From: Alistipes sp.
GTDB lineage: Bacteria; Bacteroidota; Bacteroidia; Bacteroidales; Rikenellaceae
DNA: 64,000 nt
Direction: 5' to 3'
Assembly: GCA_017555105.1 (NCBI GenBank)
Contig: JAFZHB010000021.1
Location: forward strand, 24,929 to 88,928
Part shown: in pieces, positions 1 through 10,144 of the stretch
How the letters are laid out: each line of letters begins with the position of its first letter
How positions within the stretch are numbered: position 1 is the stretch's first letter
Notes under the pieces: generated by a model
Database searches by the model: none
What the model saw: the letters and a program-made list of their open reading frames with translations, nothing else
What the model was told of the DNA's origin: nothing
Program-made: the position numbers and the translations under genes

Positions 1-469
1 CTTCGTGGGTAAGCAGGACAACCGCCCCTATGAGATCTTCACGGGTAAGATCGAGGAGGATGCCATGTATATCCCGCGCAAGATCACGACGGGTAACATC
101 ATCAAGGTACGCGAGGAGAATGGCGAGAAGCGCTACGACTTCCAGTACAAGGACCGCTACGGTTATACGAATACGATTGGCGGTATCTCGCGCCTTTTCG
201 ATGAGGAGTTCTGGAACTATGCCAAGCTGATTTCGGGCGTATTGCGTTATGGCATGCCGATTGAGAAGGCTGTCTCGTTGATCGATTCGCTCCACCTGGA
301 TAGCGAGACGATTAACACCTGGAAGACGGGTGTATGCCGCGCCTTGAAGCAGTATATTGAGGATGGCACGAAGACCAAGGGCAAGTGCCCGAGCTGCGGT
401 CAGGAGAATATGGCCTACCAGAATGGCTGTCTGACCTGTATGTCGTGCGGCTATTCGAAGTGCGGATAG
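1..469 (+). CDS. nrdJ: C-terminal part of adenosylcobalamin-dependent (class II) ribonucleotide reductase, 5' truncated by window edge
   Basis: RPYEIFTG ... YAKLISGVLRYGMP and terminal zinc ribbon CPSCG...GCLTCMSCGYSKCG typical of Bacteroidota NrdJ. Confidence 0.88.
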   Translation, partial: FVGKQDNRPYEIFTGKIEEDAMYIPRKITTGNIIKVREENGEKRYDFQYKDRYGYTNTIGGISRLFDEEFWNYAKLISGVLRYGMPIEKAVSLIDSLHLDSETINTWKTGVCRALKQYIEDGTKTKGKCPSCGQENMAYQNGCLTCMSCGYSKCG

Positions 470-733
470 TAGCTCTTGTCGAGTGTCGCTGCTCGAAGAA
501 AAAGGTGGGATGATCGGTCGATTGTTCCACCTTTTTTCTGCGCTTGGTGCCCGCCTTTTTCATTAGAAAAAAAGCAGAATGGTAAGGGAAAAAGATCTGC
601 GATCTGTGCCGTTTGACCGCAGGTTTGGTCAAATAGAGCCTTGCAAAGGGTAAAAAATGGTCTTAAACCGAAAAAAAACAACAAAAGTGTCGCATTTTCT
701 GAAAGAAAAATGATACGAGAAAGGAAATTTTAT

Positions 734-741
734 TATCTTTG
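734..741 (+). promoter_or_regulatory. Bacteroidota -7 promoter element (TAnnTTTG) for ompA
   Basis: TATCTTTG in AT-rich intergenic DNA ~90 bp upstream of the ATG. Confidence 0.6.
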
Positions 742-829
742 CCCTATAAATGTATCTTGTATAGGTGCATCAAGGGGTGAATAGCCCCGGCAAAAGACAG
801 AAAATTTATTTTAACTTTATTTATTTACT

Positions 830-2005
830 ATGAAAAAAACTCTGCTTTTATGCGTGCTTGGTCTCTTCGCGATGACCGTAAATGCACAGGAGGTTGCTCA
901 GAAGCCCAGCTTTAAGGGTTTTGTGAACAATGGTTTCTGGGATAACTGGGAGGTTTCGCTCGGTGGTGGTGTTAACTTCATCGCTTACGAGGGTTACGGT
1001 TTCAAACAGGATATCCGCAAGGATCTCGTTGGTTGGTCGGCTGAGGCTACGGGTACGAAGTGGTTCAACCCCGTTATCGGTCTGCGTGCTCAGTTGGTTG
1101 TAGGTGAGTTCGGTAAGGCTACCAACAAGACCAGCTATGTACTGCCCCACGTTGACGCTATCGCCAACCTTTCGAACTGGATCGGTGGCTACCGTGCTGA
1201 CCGCGTTTACTACGCAAAGGTATTCGCTGGTTTCGGTGGTAACATGGTAGGTGTGAACGGCGACAATATCAACGGTGGTATCGTTGGTGCTTTCGGTTTG
1301 CTGAACTCGTTCCGCGTATCGCCCAAGTTCGACATCAACCTTGAGCTCAAGAAGTTTGTGATCGCTACGCGCGATCTGCCCGCTCCGGTTAACTACCTGG
1401 GTGAGGAGGCTTCGCAGATTCTCCAGGCTACGATCGGTGCTACCTACCGCTTCAACGAGCGTGAGTGGCAGCGTGGTGTTCCGGGCTACACGGCTGAGGA
1501 TATCAAGGCTTTCCAGGACGCTGTTGCTGCAGGTGCTGCCGCTACGGCTGCTGCTAAGGCCGCTAACGCTAAGCTCGCTAAGCAGCTGAAGGATACGGAG
1601 GCTGTTTTGGCTGACACGAAGGCTGCTGCTGCCGCTGCTGCTGCTGAGGCTGCTGCTGCTAAGGCTGCTGCTGAGGCTGCTGAGGCTAACTCGGTTAAGT
1701 CGCTCGTACTCTACGACTACGGTATGTCGAACCTGACGGCACGCGAGAAGACGCGTCTCGACCTGATGGCTGATATGATCAAGAACGGTCCCAAGGATCG
1801 CGTATACCACCTCGAGGGTCACGCTGACTACCAGACGGGCACGAAGGCCGGCAACGCTCGCGTAGCTGACAACCGTGCTAAGAAGGCTTACAACTACCTG
1901 GTTAAGCAGGGCGTTAACCCCGATCAGCTGACCTACAAGGGTTATGGCGACGAGGCTAATCCGTTCGCAGTTCAGAAGGCTAACCGCGCTGTGGTTATCA
2001 AGTAA
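830..2005 (+). CDS. OmpA-family outer membrane protein (beta-barrel, Ala-rich coiled linker, OmpA C-terminal domain)
   Basis: Signal peptide, NGFWDNW barrel start, EGHAD...N..VADNRA peptidoglycan-binding motif, ends NRAVVIK; strong high-expression codon bias. Confidence 0.9.
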   Translation: MKKTLLLCVLGLFAMTVNAQEVAQKPSFKGFVNNGFWDNWEVSLGGGVNFIAYEGYGFKQDIRKDLVGWSAEATGTKWFNPVIGLRAQLVVGEFGKATNKTSYVLPHVDAIANLSNWIGGYRADRVYYAKVFAGFGGNMVGVNGDNINGGIVGAFGLLNSFRVSPKFDINLELKKFVIATRDLPAPVNYLGEEASQILQATIGATYRFNEREWQRGVPGYTAEDIKAFQDAVAAGAAATAAAKAANAKLAKQLKDTEAVLADTKAAAAAAAAEAAAAKAAAEAAEANSVKSLVLYDYGMSNLTAREKTRLDLMADMIKNGPKDRVYHLEGHADYQTGTKAGNARVADNRAKKAYNYLVKQGVNPDQLTYKGYGDEANPFAVQKANRAVVIK

Positions 2006-2030
2006 TTTCTGAAGAACAGATAGTTACGAT

Positions 2031-2060
2031 ATAGGGCTTCCTTCGGGAAGCCCTATTTTT
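2031..2060 (+). terminator. Intrinsic terminator after ompA
   Basis: ATAGGGCTTCC-TTCG-GGAAGCCCTAT followed by T-run. Confidence 0.85.
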
Positions 2061-2137
2061 GTTTGCATAAAAAAGAGGGCTACTAAAGGTTTCTTTAGCA
2101 GCCCTTAATTGTCCTTAATAGCCTTTAACGCTCTTGG

Positions 2138-2428
2138 CTATCGAATAATAACAGCATTGATCAGCCGCACGCCCGAACGGGCATTGAGCTCCTCTTTGAG
2201 TGCCTCGCGTTGGTAGAAGAGCTCCTGACGCAGCACGCTTGAGCGTACGCGTACATGGAGGATGTGGTTCTCCAACCGCAGTTCGGTGGTCTCGTCAGCC
2301 GTGCGATTGCCCACCACGGCGCGCCAGGTCTCGGGGAGCTTTCCTTCGGCGATCTTGGCGGCGATGTAGGGGCGCTGGAAGAACTCCTCCAGCAGATCGC
2401 CCATCAGTTGGGTTTGGGTGCGTCGCAT
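2138..2428 (-). CDS. DUF721/DciA-family protein
   Basis: W...VG...LHVRVRSSVLRQEL pattern, immediately downstream of recF as is usual. Confidence 0.8.
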   Translation of the reverse strand: MRRTQTQLMGDLLEEFFQRPYIAAKIAEGKLPETWRAVVGNRTADETTELRLENHILHVRVRSSVLRQELFYQREALKEELNARSGVRLINAVIIR

Positions 2429-2430
2429 GG

Positions 2431-3528
2431 CTATTCGGAGGTTAAATCGGCCCGACCGTCGATCACCTGGTAGCGGGTATAGTCGATCTCGGCACGATCC
2501 AGAATCGATTTCAGGCGGGTAGGGTTGCAGTCTGTGATGAAGATCTGCCCGAAGGCATTGCTCGATACGAGGCGGAGCAACTGCTCCACGCGGCCGGCAT
2601 CGAGCTTGTCGAAGAGGTCATCGAGCAGCAGCAGCGGGCGTTCGCCACACTCCTCGGCCATAATCAGGTACTGCGCCAACTTGAGTGCGATGAGGAACGA
2701 TTTCTGCTGCCCCTGCGAGCCATATTTGCGCAGGGGATAACCGCCGATGCGCAGCACGAGGTCGTCGCGGTGGATGCCGGCGGTGGTGAATTCGTTCACA
2801 AGGTCCTTTTGACGCGCTGCGCGCAATACCTCCTCGAAGGGGTGTTCGCAGAGCTCCGATTTGTAGATCAGCTCCACCTGCTCGCGATCCTCCGAGAGGA
2901 GACGATAGTAGTCCGCTACCAGGGGGCGCAAGCGCTCGACAAACTCCTGTCGGCGAGCGAAGATGCGGTTGCCGTGCTCGATGAGCTGCAGGTCATAGAT
3001 CTCGAGCATCGTCTCATCGGGCTGCATCTTCAGCAGGCGATTGCGCTCGGCCAGGATGGCGTTGTAGCGAATCAGCGTCTGCATGTAGGCGCGGTCGAGT
3101 GTCGAGATGAAGGCATTGAGGAAGCGACGACGCTCATCGGCTGCGTCGCTGATTAGCACGCTGTCGGCTGGCGAAACAACCACCGTAGGAACCAACCCCA
3201 CATGGTCGGAGAGGCGCTCGTACTCCTTGCCATTGCGCTTGAGCACCTTGCCGCTCTTGCGCGAGAAGGAGCAGACCACCTGTTCGCTCTTGGCGTGGTC
3301 GGTGGTGTATTGACCCTCGGCTAAGAAGAACTCGGCTCCGTGGCGAATCGCCTGCCCGTCGGTCATGCCGAAGGCCGATTTGCACATGGAGAGGTAGTAG
3401 ACTGCATCGATGATGTTGGTCTTGCCAGCGCCATTATCACCTACAAGGCAATTGATGGCAGGGCCGAAGGTGAGCTCACTTTCGGCGATGTTCTTGAAAT
3501 TCAGCAGCGAGAGTTTCCGTAAATACAT
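2431..3528 (-). CDS. recF: DNA replication/repair protein RecF
   Basis: Walker A GDNGAGKTN, GSQGQQKS, LLLDDLFDKLD. Confidence 0.96.
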   Translation of the reverse strand: MYLRKLSLLNFKNIAESELTFGPAINCLVGDNGAGKTNIIDAVYYLSMCKSAFGMTDGQAIRHGAEFFLAEGQYTTDHAKSEQVVCSFSRKSGKVLKRNGKEYERLSDHVGLVPTVVVSPADSVLISDAADERRRFLNAFISTLDRAYMQTLIRYNAILAERNRLLKMQPDETMLEIYDLQLIEHGNRIFARRQEFVERLRPLVADYYRLLSEDREQVELIYKSELCEHPFEEVLRAARQKDLVNEFTTAGIHRDDLVLRIGGYPLRKYGSQGQQKSFLIALKLAQYLIMAEECGERPLLLLDDLFDKLDAGRVEQLLRLVSSNAFGQIFITDCNPTRLKSILDRAEIDYTRYQVIDGRADLTSE

Positions 3529-3633
3529 AGAGCAAAGTTAAGAAAAAATCTGTTTACTTTATTGTATATTGGGGATAGTTTTGTATCTTTGTTGGCTAAT
3601 AAGGCGCAAATTATAAAAATTAAAATAAAAATT

Positions 3634-4317
3634 ATGGCAAAACACAATGTAGCTGAGCCCGAAACGCTGGGCGCAGCCATGAGCAAAACGGAACTTTTCT
3701 TTGAGAACAACGGTCGCAAGGTATCGTACATCTTCCTGGCACTCTTGGTGTTGGGTGGTCTGATCTATGGCTACCGTGCATTGGTATCGCAGCCCCGCGC
3801 CGAGAAGGCTGCTGCTGCAATCGCAGAGGCACAGCTGCGCTTCAACGCTGAGACGCCCGACTTTGAGCTGGCACTCAACGGTGATGCTACGGGTCTCGGT
3901 TTCCTCGATGTAGTTGAGCAGTATGGCTCGACGGCTTCGGGCAACCTGGCAAAGCACTATGCAGGTGTTTGCTACCTGAAGTTGGGTGATCTGGAGAACG
4001 CTGCCGCTTACCTCGCAAAGTACAACGCTGTGAAGGGTCTGGCCGGTGCTCTGGTGAATGCACAGAACCTCGGTTTGCAGGGTGATGTAGCAGTTGCACA
4101 GCAGGAGTACAAGAAGGCTGTATCGCTCTACAAGAAGGCGGTTGCTGCCGCAGAGAACAACCTGACGGCTCCCCTCTACCTGCGCAAGGCTGCGCTCGCA
4201 GAGCAGGCTCTTGGCAACGCTGAGGAGGCTGTAGCACTCTACGAGCAGATCCTCGCGGTTTATCCCGCTTCGATCGAGGCTCGCGACGCAGAGAAGGCTT
4301 TGGGTACGATTCGCTAA
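3634..4317 (+). CDS. Membrane-anchored tetratricopeptide repeat protein (YfgM-like)
   Basis: N-terminal TM segment then TPR-like helices (NLAKHYAGVCYLKLG); ATG at 3634 after A-rich leader; TATCTTTG at 3584-3591. Confidence 0.8.
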   Translation: MAKHNVAEPETLGAAMSKTELFFENNGRKVSYIFLALLVLGGLIYGYRALVSQPRAEKAAAAIAEAQLRFNAETPDFELALNGDATGLGFLDVVEQYGSTASGNLAKHYAGVCYLKLGDLENAAAYLAKYNAVKGLAGALVNAQNLGLQGDVAVAQQEYKKAVSLYKKAVAAAENNLTAPLYLRKAALAEQALGNAEEAVALYEQILAVYPASIEARDAEKALGTIR

Positions 4318-4340
4318 TGCTAAGTTGTTGATTCGGATCC

Positions 4341-4871
4341 ATGGCAACGCGTCATCACAACCTCTCGCAATTGGATGCTCCGCTTCCCTCGGCGGCCGAT
4401 ATGCGCTTTGGCATTGTCGTAGCAGAGTGGAATCGCGAGATCACGGAGGCTCTCTTGGAGGGCGCTGTGCGCACGCTGCGTGCAGCAGGCTGCCCCGATG
4501 TGAACATCCAGATTAAGTTCGTGCCGGGCACCTTCGAGCTGGCGCTTGGAGCGCAGTTCTTTGCCGAGTATACGGATGTGGATGCCGTGATTGCGTTGGG
4601 TTGCGTGATTCAGGGCGATACGCGCCACTTCGATTATGTCTGCCAGGGCGTAACGCAGGGCATCACGCAGCTGCAGTTGCAGTGGAACATGCCGATTGCC
4701 TTTGGTGTACTGACGGTGGATAACCAACAGCAGGCACTCGATCGTGCGGGTGGTGCACTGGGTAATAAGGGCGATGAGGCTGCTGCCGCTGCCATCCAGA
4801 TGGTGAAGCTGCAGATTGAGATGGATGCCGCTTCGCCGAATCGTGAGCCGGATCGTCGCAATGTAAACTAA
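4341..4871 (+). CDS. ribH: 6,7-dimethyl-8-ribityllumazine synthase
   Basis: GIVVAEWN, VPGTFEL, LGCVIQGDTRHFDYVC, GNKGDEAA. Confidence 0.96.
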   Translation: MATRHHNLSQLDAPLPSAADMRFGIVVAEWNREITEALLEGAVRTLRAAGCPDVNIQIKFVPGTFELALGAQFFAEYTDVDAVIALGCVIQGDTRHFDYVCQGVTQGITQLQLQWNMPIAFGVLTVDNQQQALDRAGGALGNKGDEAAAAAIQMVKLQIEMDAASPNREPDRRNVN

Positions 4872-4889
4872 CAGCGAACAAGAAAAAAG

Positions 4890-4921
4890 AAGAGGCACAC
4901 TCGAAAGGGTGTGCCTCTTTT
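4890..4921. terminator. Bidirectional terminator between ribH and the transporter
   Basis: AAGAGGCACAC ... GTGTGCCTCTT stem flanked by A- and T-rich runs between convergent genes. Confidence 0.75.
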
Positions 4922-4941
4922 GTTATATTAGGTATCGCTCC

Positions 4942-6288
4942 TTAGATGATACCCAGCGTGTCGAGGAAGATCATTGTGACAATCACCGGACAGAAGTAGC
5001 GGATCAAGAAGCGCAGCGGGCGGTAGAAGGGGCTCGGTTGCACGCCGTTGGGGTAGAGTTGCTCACGGAAGAGCGCCTTGTCCATAAACCACCCTGTGAA
5101 GATGCAGGTAAAGAGTCCGCCGGCAGGGAGCATGAGGTTGGCTGTAAGGTAGTCCAGGGCGTCAAAGAGGCTGAGGCCACAGATCTTCATCCACTGCCAT
5201 GCGCCAAGCGAGAGCGAGGAGAAGAGAGCGATGAGCATTGTCAGCATCGTCGTGCTCCAAGCAGCTGCTTTGCGGCTCATACGCCACTCCTCGTGCAGGT
5301 AGGCGGTGACCGACTCGTGCATCGAGATGGTCGAGGTGAGCGCTGCCACCACGAGCAATACGAAGAAGATCGAAGACCACACAGCGCTGAGCGGCATCGA
5401 GCTGAAGATCGACGGCAGGGTGATAAAGATTAGCGACGGGCCGGCCGTAGGCTCAATACCGGCACTGAAAACGGCCGGGAAGATCATCATACCTGAGAGT
5501 ACAGCGACCAAGGTGTCGAGCACCGTAACCTCCACCGCTGTATGCTGTATGCTGGTATTCTTCTTGAAGTAGGAGGCGTAGGTAATCATCGTACCCAGAC
5601 CGATCGAGAGCGAGAAGAAGGCCTGACCGACGGCTGCAAGCACCGAATTGATCGAGATCTTCGAGAAGTCGGGGCGCAGGAAGAAGCGCACACCCTCCAT
5701 ACCGCCGGGCAGGAGGATCGAGTGCACGGTAAGTATAATCAGGAAGAGGAAGAGTAGCGGCATCATCACCTTCGCGGCACGCTCGATACCCTCTTTTACG
5801 CCCAGGCTGACGATCAGGTGCGTGCCAAGCGAGAAGAGTGCTGCGTAGAGCAGCGGCTTCCAGGGGTGGGTGATGAAGCGCTCGAAGGAGGCCTGATGCA
5901 TCGTGATATCGGTGCTGTGCAGGATCGGATCGTTGACGAACGAGTGGATCATGTACTCGGCCGTCCAGCCTGCTACCACGAGGTAGAAACCTAAAATAAG
6001 AGTGCTGCTCAAGACACCCAGGTAGCCCACGCCGGCCCAGCGTTTGTTGAGCTGGCGGAAGGCACCCACAGCATTTTTGCGGGTTGCTGTTCCAATCGAA
6101 AACTCCGAGATCATGAGCGGAAGGCCCATGAGCAGAATACAAGCGACATAGAGCAACAGGAAGGCTCCGCCTCCGTGCTCACCGGCCACATAGGGGAAAC
6201 GCCAGATGTTTCCCAAACCCACTGCACTGCCAGCCGTAACCAGCACAGCGCCAACTTTGCCACCAAAGGTGGCACGCATTTTCTCCAT
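4942..6288 (-). CDS. Sodium-dependent transporter, NSS/SNF family
   Basis: GSAVGLGNIWRFPY signature, QAFFSLSIG, multiple TM helices. Confidence 0.93.
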   Translation of the reverse strand: MEKMRATFGGKVGAVLVTAGSAVGLGNIWRFPYVAGEHGGGAFLLLYVACILLMGLPLMISEFSIGTATRKNAVGAFRQLNKRWAGVGYLGVLSSTLILGFYLVVAGWTAEYMIHSFVNDPILHSTDITMHQASFERFITHPWKPLLYAALFSLGTHLIVSLGVKEGIERAAKVMMPLLFLFLIILTVHSILLPGGMEGVRFFLRPDFSKISINSVLAAVGQAFFSLSIGLGTMITYASYFKKNTSIQHTAVEVTVLDTLVAVLSGMMIFPAVFSAGIEPTAGPSLIFITLPSIFSSMPLSAVWSSIFFVLLVVAALTSTISMHESVTAYLHEEWRMSRKAAAWSTTMLTMLIALFSSLSLGAWQWMKICGLSLFDALDYLTANLMLPAGGLFTCIFTGWFMDKALFREQLYPNGVQPSPFYRPLRFLIRYFCPVIVTMIFLDTLGII

Positions 6289-6353
6289 CTATATTACCTA
6301 ACTAATAACTAATCAAAAACCAGTGCACCCGCTGTCAGCGAGTGCACTCTCTC

Positions 6354-6707
6354 TTATCCCTCGATCGTCACGCTTACGCTGCCGACCTTACCTCCGAGGG
6401 GAGGCGCTACCTTCGTGACCGTACAGCGTACGCCGATCAGTTGCGGAAAACGCTCGCGCAGGGCCGAGATGATATTCACAGCCACGCGCTCGATGGTTCG
6501 CTGCTTGATCGTCATCACCTCGCGCACGATCTCATAGACCGTGAGGTAGTTGACCGCCAGGCGCACATCGTCCTGTGCCGCCACTTCGCCCAGATGGGCT
6601 TTCAGCTCCAGATCAACCGTGAAGTGGTTGCCCACCACCTGCTCCAGATCGTAGCAGCCGTGGTAGGCGCGGAACTCCATGCGGTCGAGGTTGATGCTAT
6701 ACTCCAT
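6354..6707 (-). CDS. folB: Dihydroneopterin aldolase
   Basis: FRAYHGCYDLEQVVGNHF, VNY, KVAPPLGG. Confidence 0.92.
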   Translation of the reverse strand: MEYSINLDRMEFRAYHGCYDLEQVVGNHFTVDLELKAHLGEVAAQDDVRLAVNYLTVYEIVREVMTIKQRTIERVAVNIISALRERFPQLIGVRCTVTKVAPPLGGKVGSVSVTIEG

Positions 6708-6741
6708 CGTGATTGTGAGGGTATAAAAACCGGATGATCGC

Positions 6742-8040
6742 TTATTCAGCGATCACCAGGTAGTAGTTTTTCTTACCGCGCTGTACAAGCAGGTACTTGT
6801 CAGCGATCAGATCAGCCTCGCTGAGCGTCTGCTGCGGGTCGGAGACCTTCTCCTTGTTGAGCGACACACCGCCACCCTGAACCATTTTACGACACTCGCC
6901 CTTCGAGGGGAAGATCTGCGTCTTCTCGGCTGCCAGGTCGATCAGCGTGAGGCCGTTGAGTTCGGCGCGTGCAATGCGGAACTGCGGCACACCCTCGAAT
7001 ACCTGCAACAGCGTCTGCTCGTCGAGCTGCTTGAGCGCATCGGAGGTGGCACCACCGAAGAGGATCTGCGAAGCACCTACGGCCTTCTCATACTCCTCGC
7101 GCGAGTGGATCATCGTCGTGATCTCCTCAGCCAGGCGCTTCTGCAGGGTGCGCAGGTGGGGAGCAGCATCGTGCTCGGCGATCAGACCCTCGATCGTCTC
7201 GCGGTCGAGCAGCGTGAAAATCTTGATGTAGCGCTTGGCGTCCTCATCGCTCACATTGAGCCAGAACTGGTAGAACTTGTAGGGCGAGGTGTAGCGTGCG
7301 TCGAGCCATACATTGCCACTCTCCGTCTTGCCGAACTTCGTGCCGTCAGCCTTCGTGATGAGCGGGCAGGTGATGGCAAAAGCCTCCGCCTCGGCACCCA
7401 GTTTGCGACGGATCAACTCTGTACCCGTCGTGATGTTGCCCCACTGGTCAGCACCACCGAGCTGGATCTTGCAGTTCATGGTCTGGTAGAGGTGCAGGAA
7501 GTCGTAACCCTGCAGGAGCTGGTAGGTAAACTCCGTGAAGGACATACCCTCGCCCTCGCCGTTGAAACGCTTCTTTACCGAATCTTTCGCCATCATGTAG
7601 TTCACCGTGATGCACTTACCGATGTCGCGGGCAAAGTCGAGGAATGAGAACTCCTTCATCCAGTCGTAGTTGTTCACCAGGCGAGCTGCATTCGGAGCAT
7701 CCGAATCAAAGTCGAGCAGCTTGGCCAGCTGTGCGCGGATCGCCTCCTGGTTGTGACGCAGCGTAGCCTCGTCGAGCAGGTTGCGCTCCTGCGACTTACC
7801 CGAGGGGTCACCGATCATACCCGTAGCACCACCGATGAGCGCCAGCGGACGGTGGCCGCAGAGCTGGAAGTGCTTCAGGATCATCACACCCACCAGGTGG
7901 CCGATGTGGAGCGAGTCTGCCGTGGGGTCAATGCCCAGGTAGGCCGTCGTGAGCTCCTTCTCCAATTGTTCCTTTGCGCCGGGCATGATCGTGTGGATCA
8001 TACCGCGCCATTCGAGTTCTTCAATGAAATTCTTGATCAT
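6742..8040 (-). CDS. tyrS: Tyrosine--tRNA ligase
   Basis: [13 protein letters not shown] (HIGH), [15 protein letters not shown]-terminal S4 domain. Confidence 0.98.
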   Translation of the reverse strand: MIKNFIEELEWRGMIHTIMPGAKEQLEKELTTAYLGIDPTADSLHIGHLVGVMILKHFQLCGHRPLALIGGATGMIGDPSGKSQERNLLDEATLRHNQEAIRAQLAKLLDFDSDAPNAARLVNNYDWMKEFSFLDFARDIGKCITVNYMMAKDSVKKRFNGEGEGMSFTEFTYQLLQGYDFLHLYQTMNCKIQLGGADQWGNITTGTELIRRKLGAEAEAFAITCPLITKADGTKFGKTESGNVWLDARYTSPYKFYQFWLNVSDEDAKRYIKIFTLLDRETIEGLIAEHDAAPHLRTLQKRLAEEITTMIHSREEYEKAVGASQILFGGATSDALKQLDEQTLLQVFEGVPQFRIARAELNGLTLIDLAAEKTQIFPSKGECRKMVQGGGVSLNKEKVSDPQQTLSEADLIADKYLLVQRGKKNYYLVIAE

Positions 8041-8072
8041 TGTACTATTCTTTTTTTTGTTTCAAATCGTTG

Positions 8073-9869
8073 TTACTCGACATCCAGCTCGAGTTGCTTG
8101 CGGAACTCAATGAGCAACGGATTCTTGTCAGTCATATGCTGTACGCGGTCTTCCAAGCGGATCGGACGCGCCGAGCGGGTCTCTTCATTTACGAGCACCT
8201 CCAAGTCGATGAAACCATCGATCTGCGCCTGATTTACGAAGATCAGCAGCAGCGGGGTGCGGTTGCGCAGGATCTCATCGTGCAGCTCCAGCGAGGGTAC
8301 GCTGACACGGATGATGTGTCCCTCGAGGGTCATCTGCTCAAAGGTGGGCGCGATGCGCGGACGCTGCTCGCGGATGATCTCGATGATGCGCTCGCGGTTG
8401 GCCTCGATCTTTTCGGCCGTGCGGGGATCGATCTTGATCGCCTCCTGCTGCTCACCCTCTCCCTCGAGTGTGCCCTGCTCCTGCTTGGCGAGCATCGAGG
8501 CGAGCGATCCGCCCAATGTGGGGCGGTAGTTGCTCGCAGTGCGTTTCATGCGCGGCTCGACAACGGCCTCGGGGGCGCTGGGTGTCGGCTGTGCAGGTGC
8601 CGTATGCTGCGGTGTGGCAGGTGCTGTGGGTGCAACCTGCGGGGCGATAGGGGCTGCGGGAGCGGCTGCAACCGCAGGAGCGGGAGCTGCCGGTGCTGCT
8701 ACAGTTGTCGTGGCAGGAGTCGGTCGCGCTACTAACTCCGGAAGCAGATACTCCTCGTCGCCTATGGCCTCATTTTTTTTTTGGCCGAGTCGTGCGATTT
8801 TCATCAGACCCAGCTCCACGAGCAACCTGCCATTCGAGGATTGTCGTATCTTTCCATCCAACTCCGTGAGGATCGAGATCGCTCCGAAGAGGAACTCTGC
8901 ATCACAGGTGAGCGCTTGCGTGCGGTAGCGTTCGAGCAGCGCACCGGTCATCTCGATCAGCGAGAGCGTGTCGGGCTGCTTCGACATGAGCAGGTCGCGC
9001 ATGTGACGGTTTAAGCCCGCCATAAAGGTCTGCCCTGAAAAACCCTTCGAGAGTACCTCGTCAAAGGCTACGAGCGCCTCGGTGTAGCGACCGGCTACCA
9101 GGAGGTCGGTCATGCGGAAGTAGGTGTCGTAGTCGAGCACATTGAGCGTGCGGGCTACCGAGTGGTAGTCGAGTGTCGTGCCACAGAACGACACTGCCTT
9201 GTCGAACATCGAGAGGGCATCGCGCATACCGCCATCGGCCTTTTGAGCGATGAGGTTGAGCGACTCCTCGTCGGCCGTCACGCCCTCCTGTCCGGCAATG
9301 TATCGGAGGTAACCGACACCATCCTCGACGCGGATGCGGTTGAAGTCGTAGATCTGGCAACGCGAGAGAATCGTCGGGATGATCTTATGTTTCTCGGTGG
9401 TGGCAAGGATGAAGATCGCATGCTGGGGCGGCTCCTCGAGTGTCTTGAGGAAGGCGTTGAAGGCGGCCGTCGAGAGCATGTGCACCTCGTCGATGATGAA
9501 GACCGAGTAGCGACCGATCTGCGGGATGATGCGCACCTGCTCAATCAGCGTGCGGATATCCTCGACCGAGTTGTTCGATGCGGCGTCGAGCTCGTGGATG
9601 TTGAGCGAACGCCCCTCGTTGAACGAGCGGCACGACTCGCAGGCGTTGCAGGCCTCTGCACCGTTGGGCGAGAGGCAGTTGATTGCCTTGGCAAAGATGC
9701 GCGCACAGGTGGTTTTACCCACGCCACGCGGACCACAGAAGAGGTAGGCATGTGCCAACTGACCACGCTCGATGGCATTTTTCAGCGTCGAGGTGATGTG
9801 CTGCTGACCCACAACCGATTGGAAGGTTGCAGGACGATACTTTCTTGCACTGACAATAAACTCACTCAT
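8073..9869 (-). CDS. dnaX: DNA polymerase III subunit gamma/tau (start at ATG 9869, MSEFIVSARKYRP)
   Basis: ARKYRP, GPRGVGKTT, DEVHML, SRC motifs; Pro/Ala linker. Confidence 0.96.
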   Translation of the reverse strand: MSEFIVSARKYRPATFQSVVGQQHITSTLKNAIERGQLAHAYLFCGPRGVGKTTCARIFAKAINCLSPNGAEACNACESCRSFNEGRSLNIHELDAASNNSVEDIRTLIEQVRIIPQIGRYSVFIIDEVHMLSTAAFNAFLKTLEEPPQHAIFILATTEKHKIIPTILSRCQIYDFNRIRVEDGVGYLRYIAGQEGVTADEESLNLIAQKADGGMRDALSMFDKAVSFCGTTLDYHSVARTLNVLDYDTYFRMTDLLVAGRYTEALVAFDEVLSKGFSGQTFMAGLNRHMRDLLMSKQPDTLSLIEMTGALLERYRTQALTCDAEFLFGAISILTELDGKIRQSSNGRLLVELGLMKIARLGQKKNEAIGDEEYLLPELVARPTPATTTVAAPAAPAPAVAAAPAAPIAPQVAPTAPATPQHTAPAQPTPSAPEAVVEPRMKRTASNYRPTLGGSLASMLAKQEQGTLEGEGEQQEAIKIDPRTAEKIEANRERIIEIIREQRPRIAPTFEQMTLEGHIIRVSVPSLELHDEILRNRTPLLLIFVNQAQIDGFIDLEVLVNEETRSARPIRLEDRVQHMTDKNPLLIEFRKQLELDVE

Positions 9870-9973
9870 AGGGTACAAAGATAGTGAAAGCCGAGCGCAT
9901 TGCCAAAAAAAACGAATAAAAAGCACGACGCAAAGAAACGACGCCAAAAAGGCGAGATGGGAGGATGTTAGGT

Positions 9974-10096
9974 GGTTTTAGCCTTTCGATTGCCAAAGGC
10001 AATCAATAAGCTGCTGTATGCTTCGCTCTTCAAACAAGTTTGATCCCGAGCATACATCAGCTTATTCCTCCTTTGGAGGGCCGAAAGGCTAAAACC
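9974..10096. repeat. Structured ~123-bp intergenic element with 15-bp terminal inverted repeats and nested hairpins
   Basis: GGTTTTAGCCTTTCG / CGAAAGGCTAAAACC termini; inner 17/18-bp stem and three short hairpins. Confidence 0.7.
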
Positions 10097-10144
10097 GGAG
10101 AGTAAAACAGATCTCTTAACTTAAATAGAGAAGATATAGACAAT

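Noticed and set aside
1515-1690. GCT-rich repeat inside ompA
   Set aside because: Encodes the Ala-rich coiled-coil linker common in Bacteroidota OmpA proteins.
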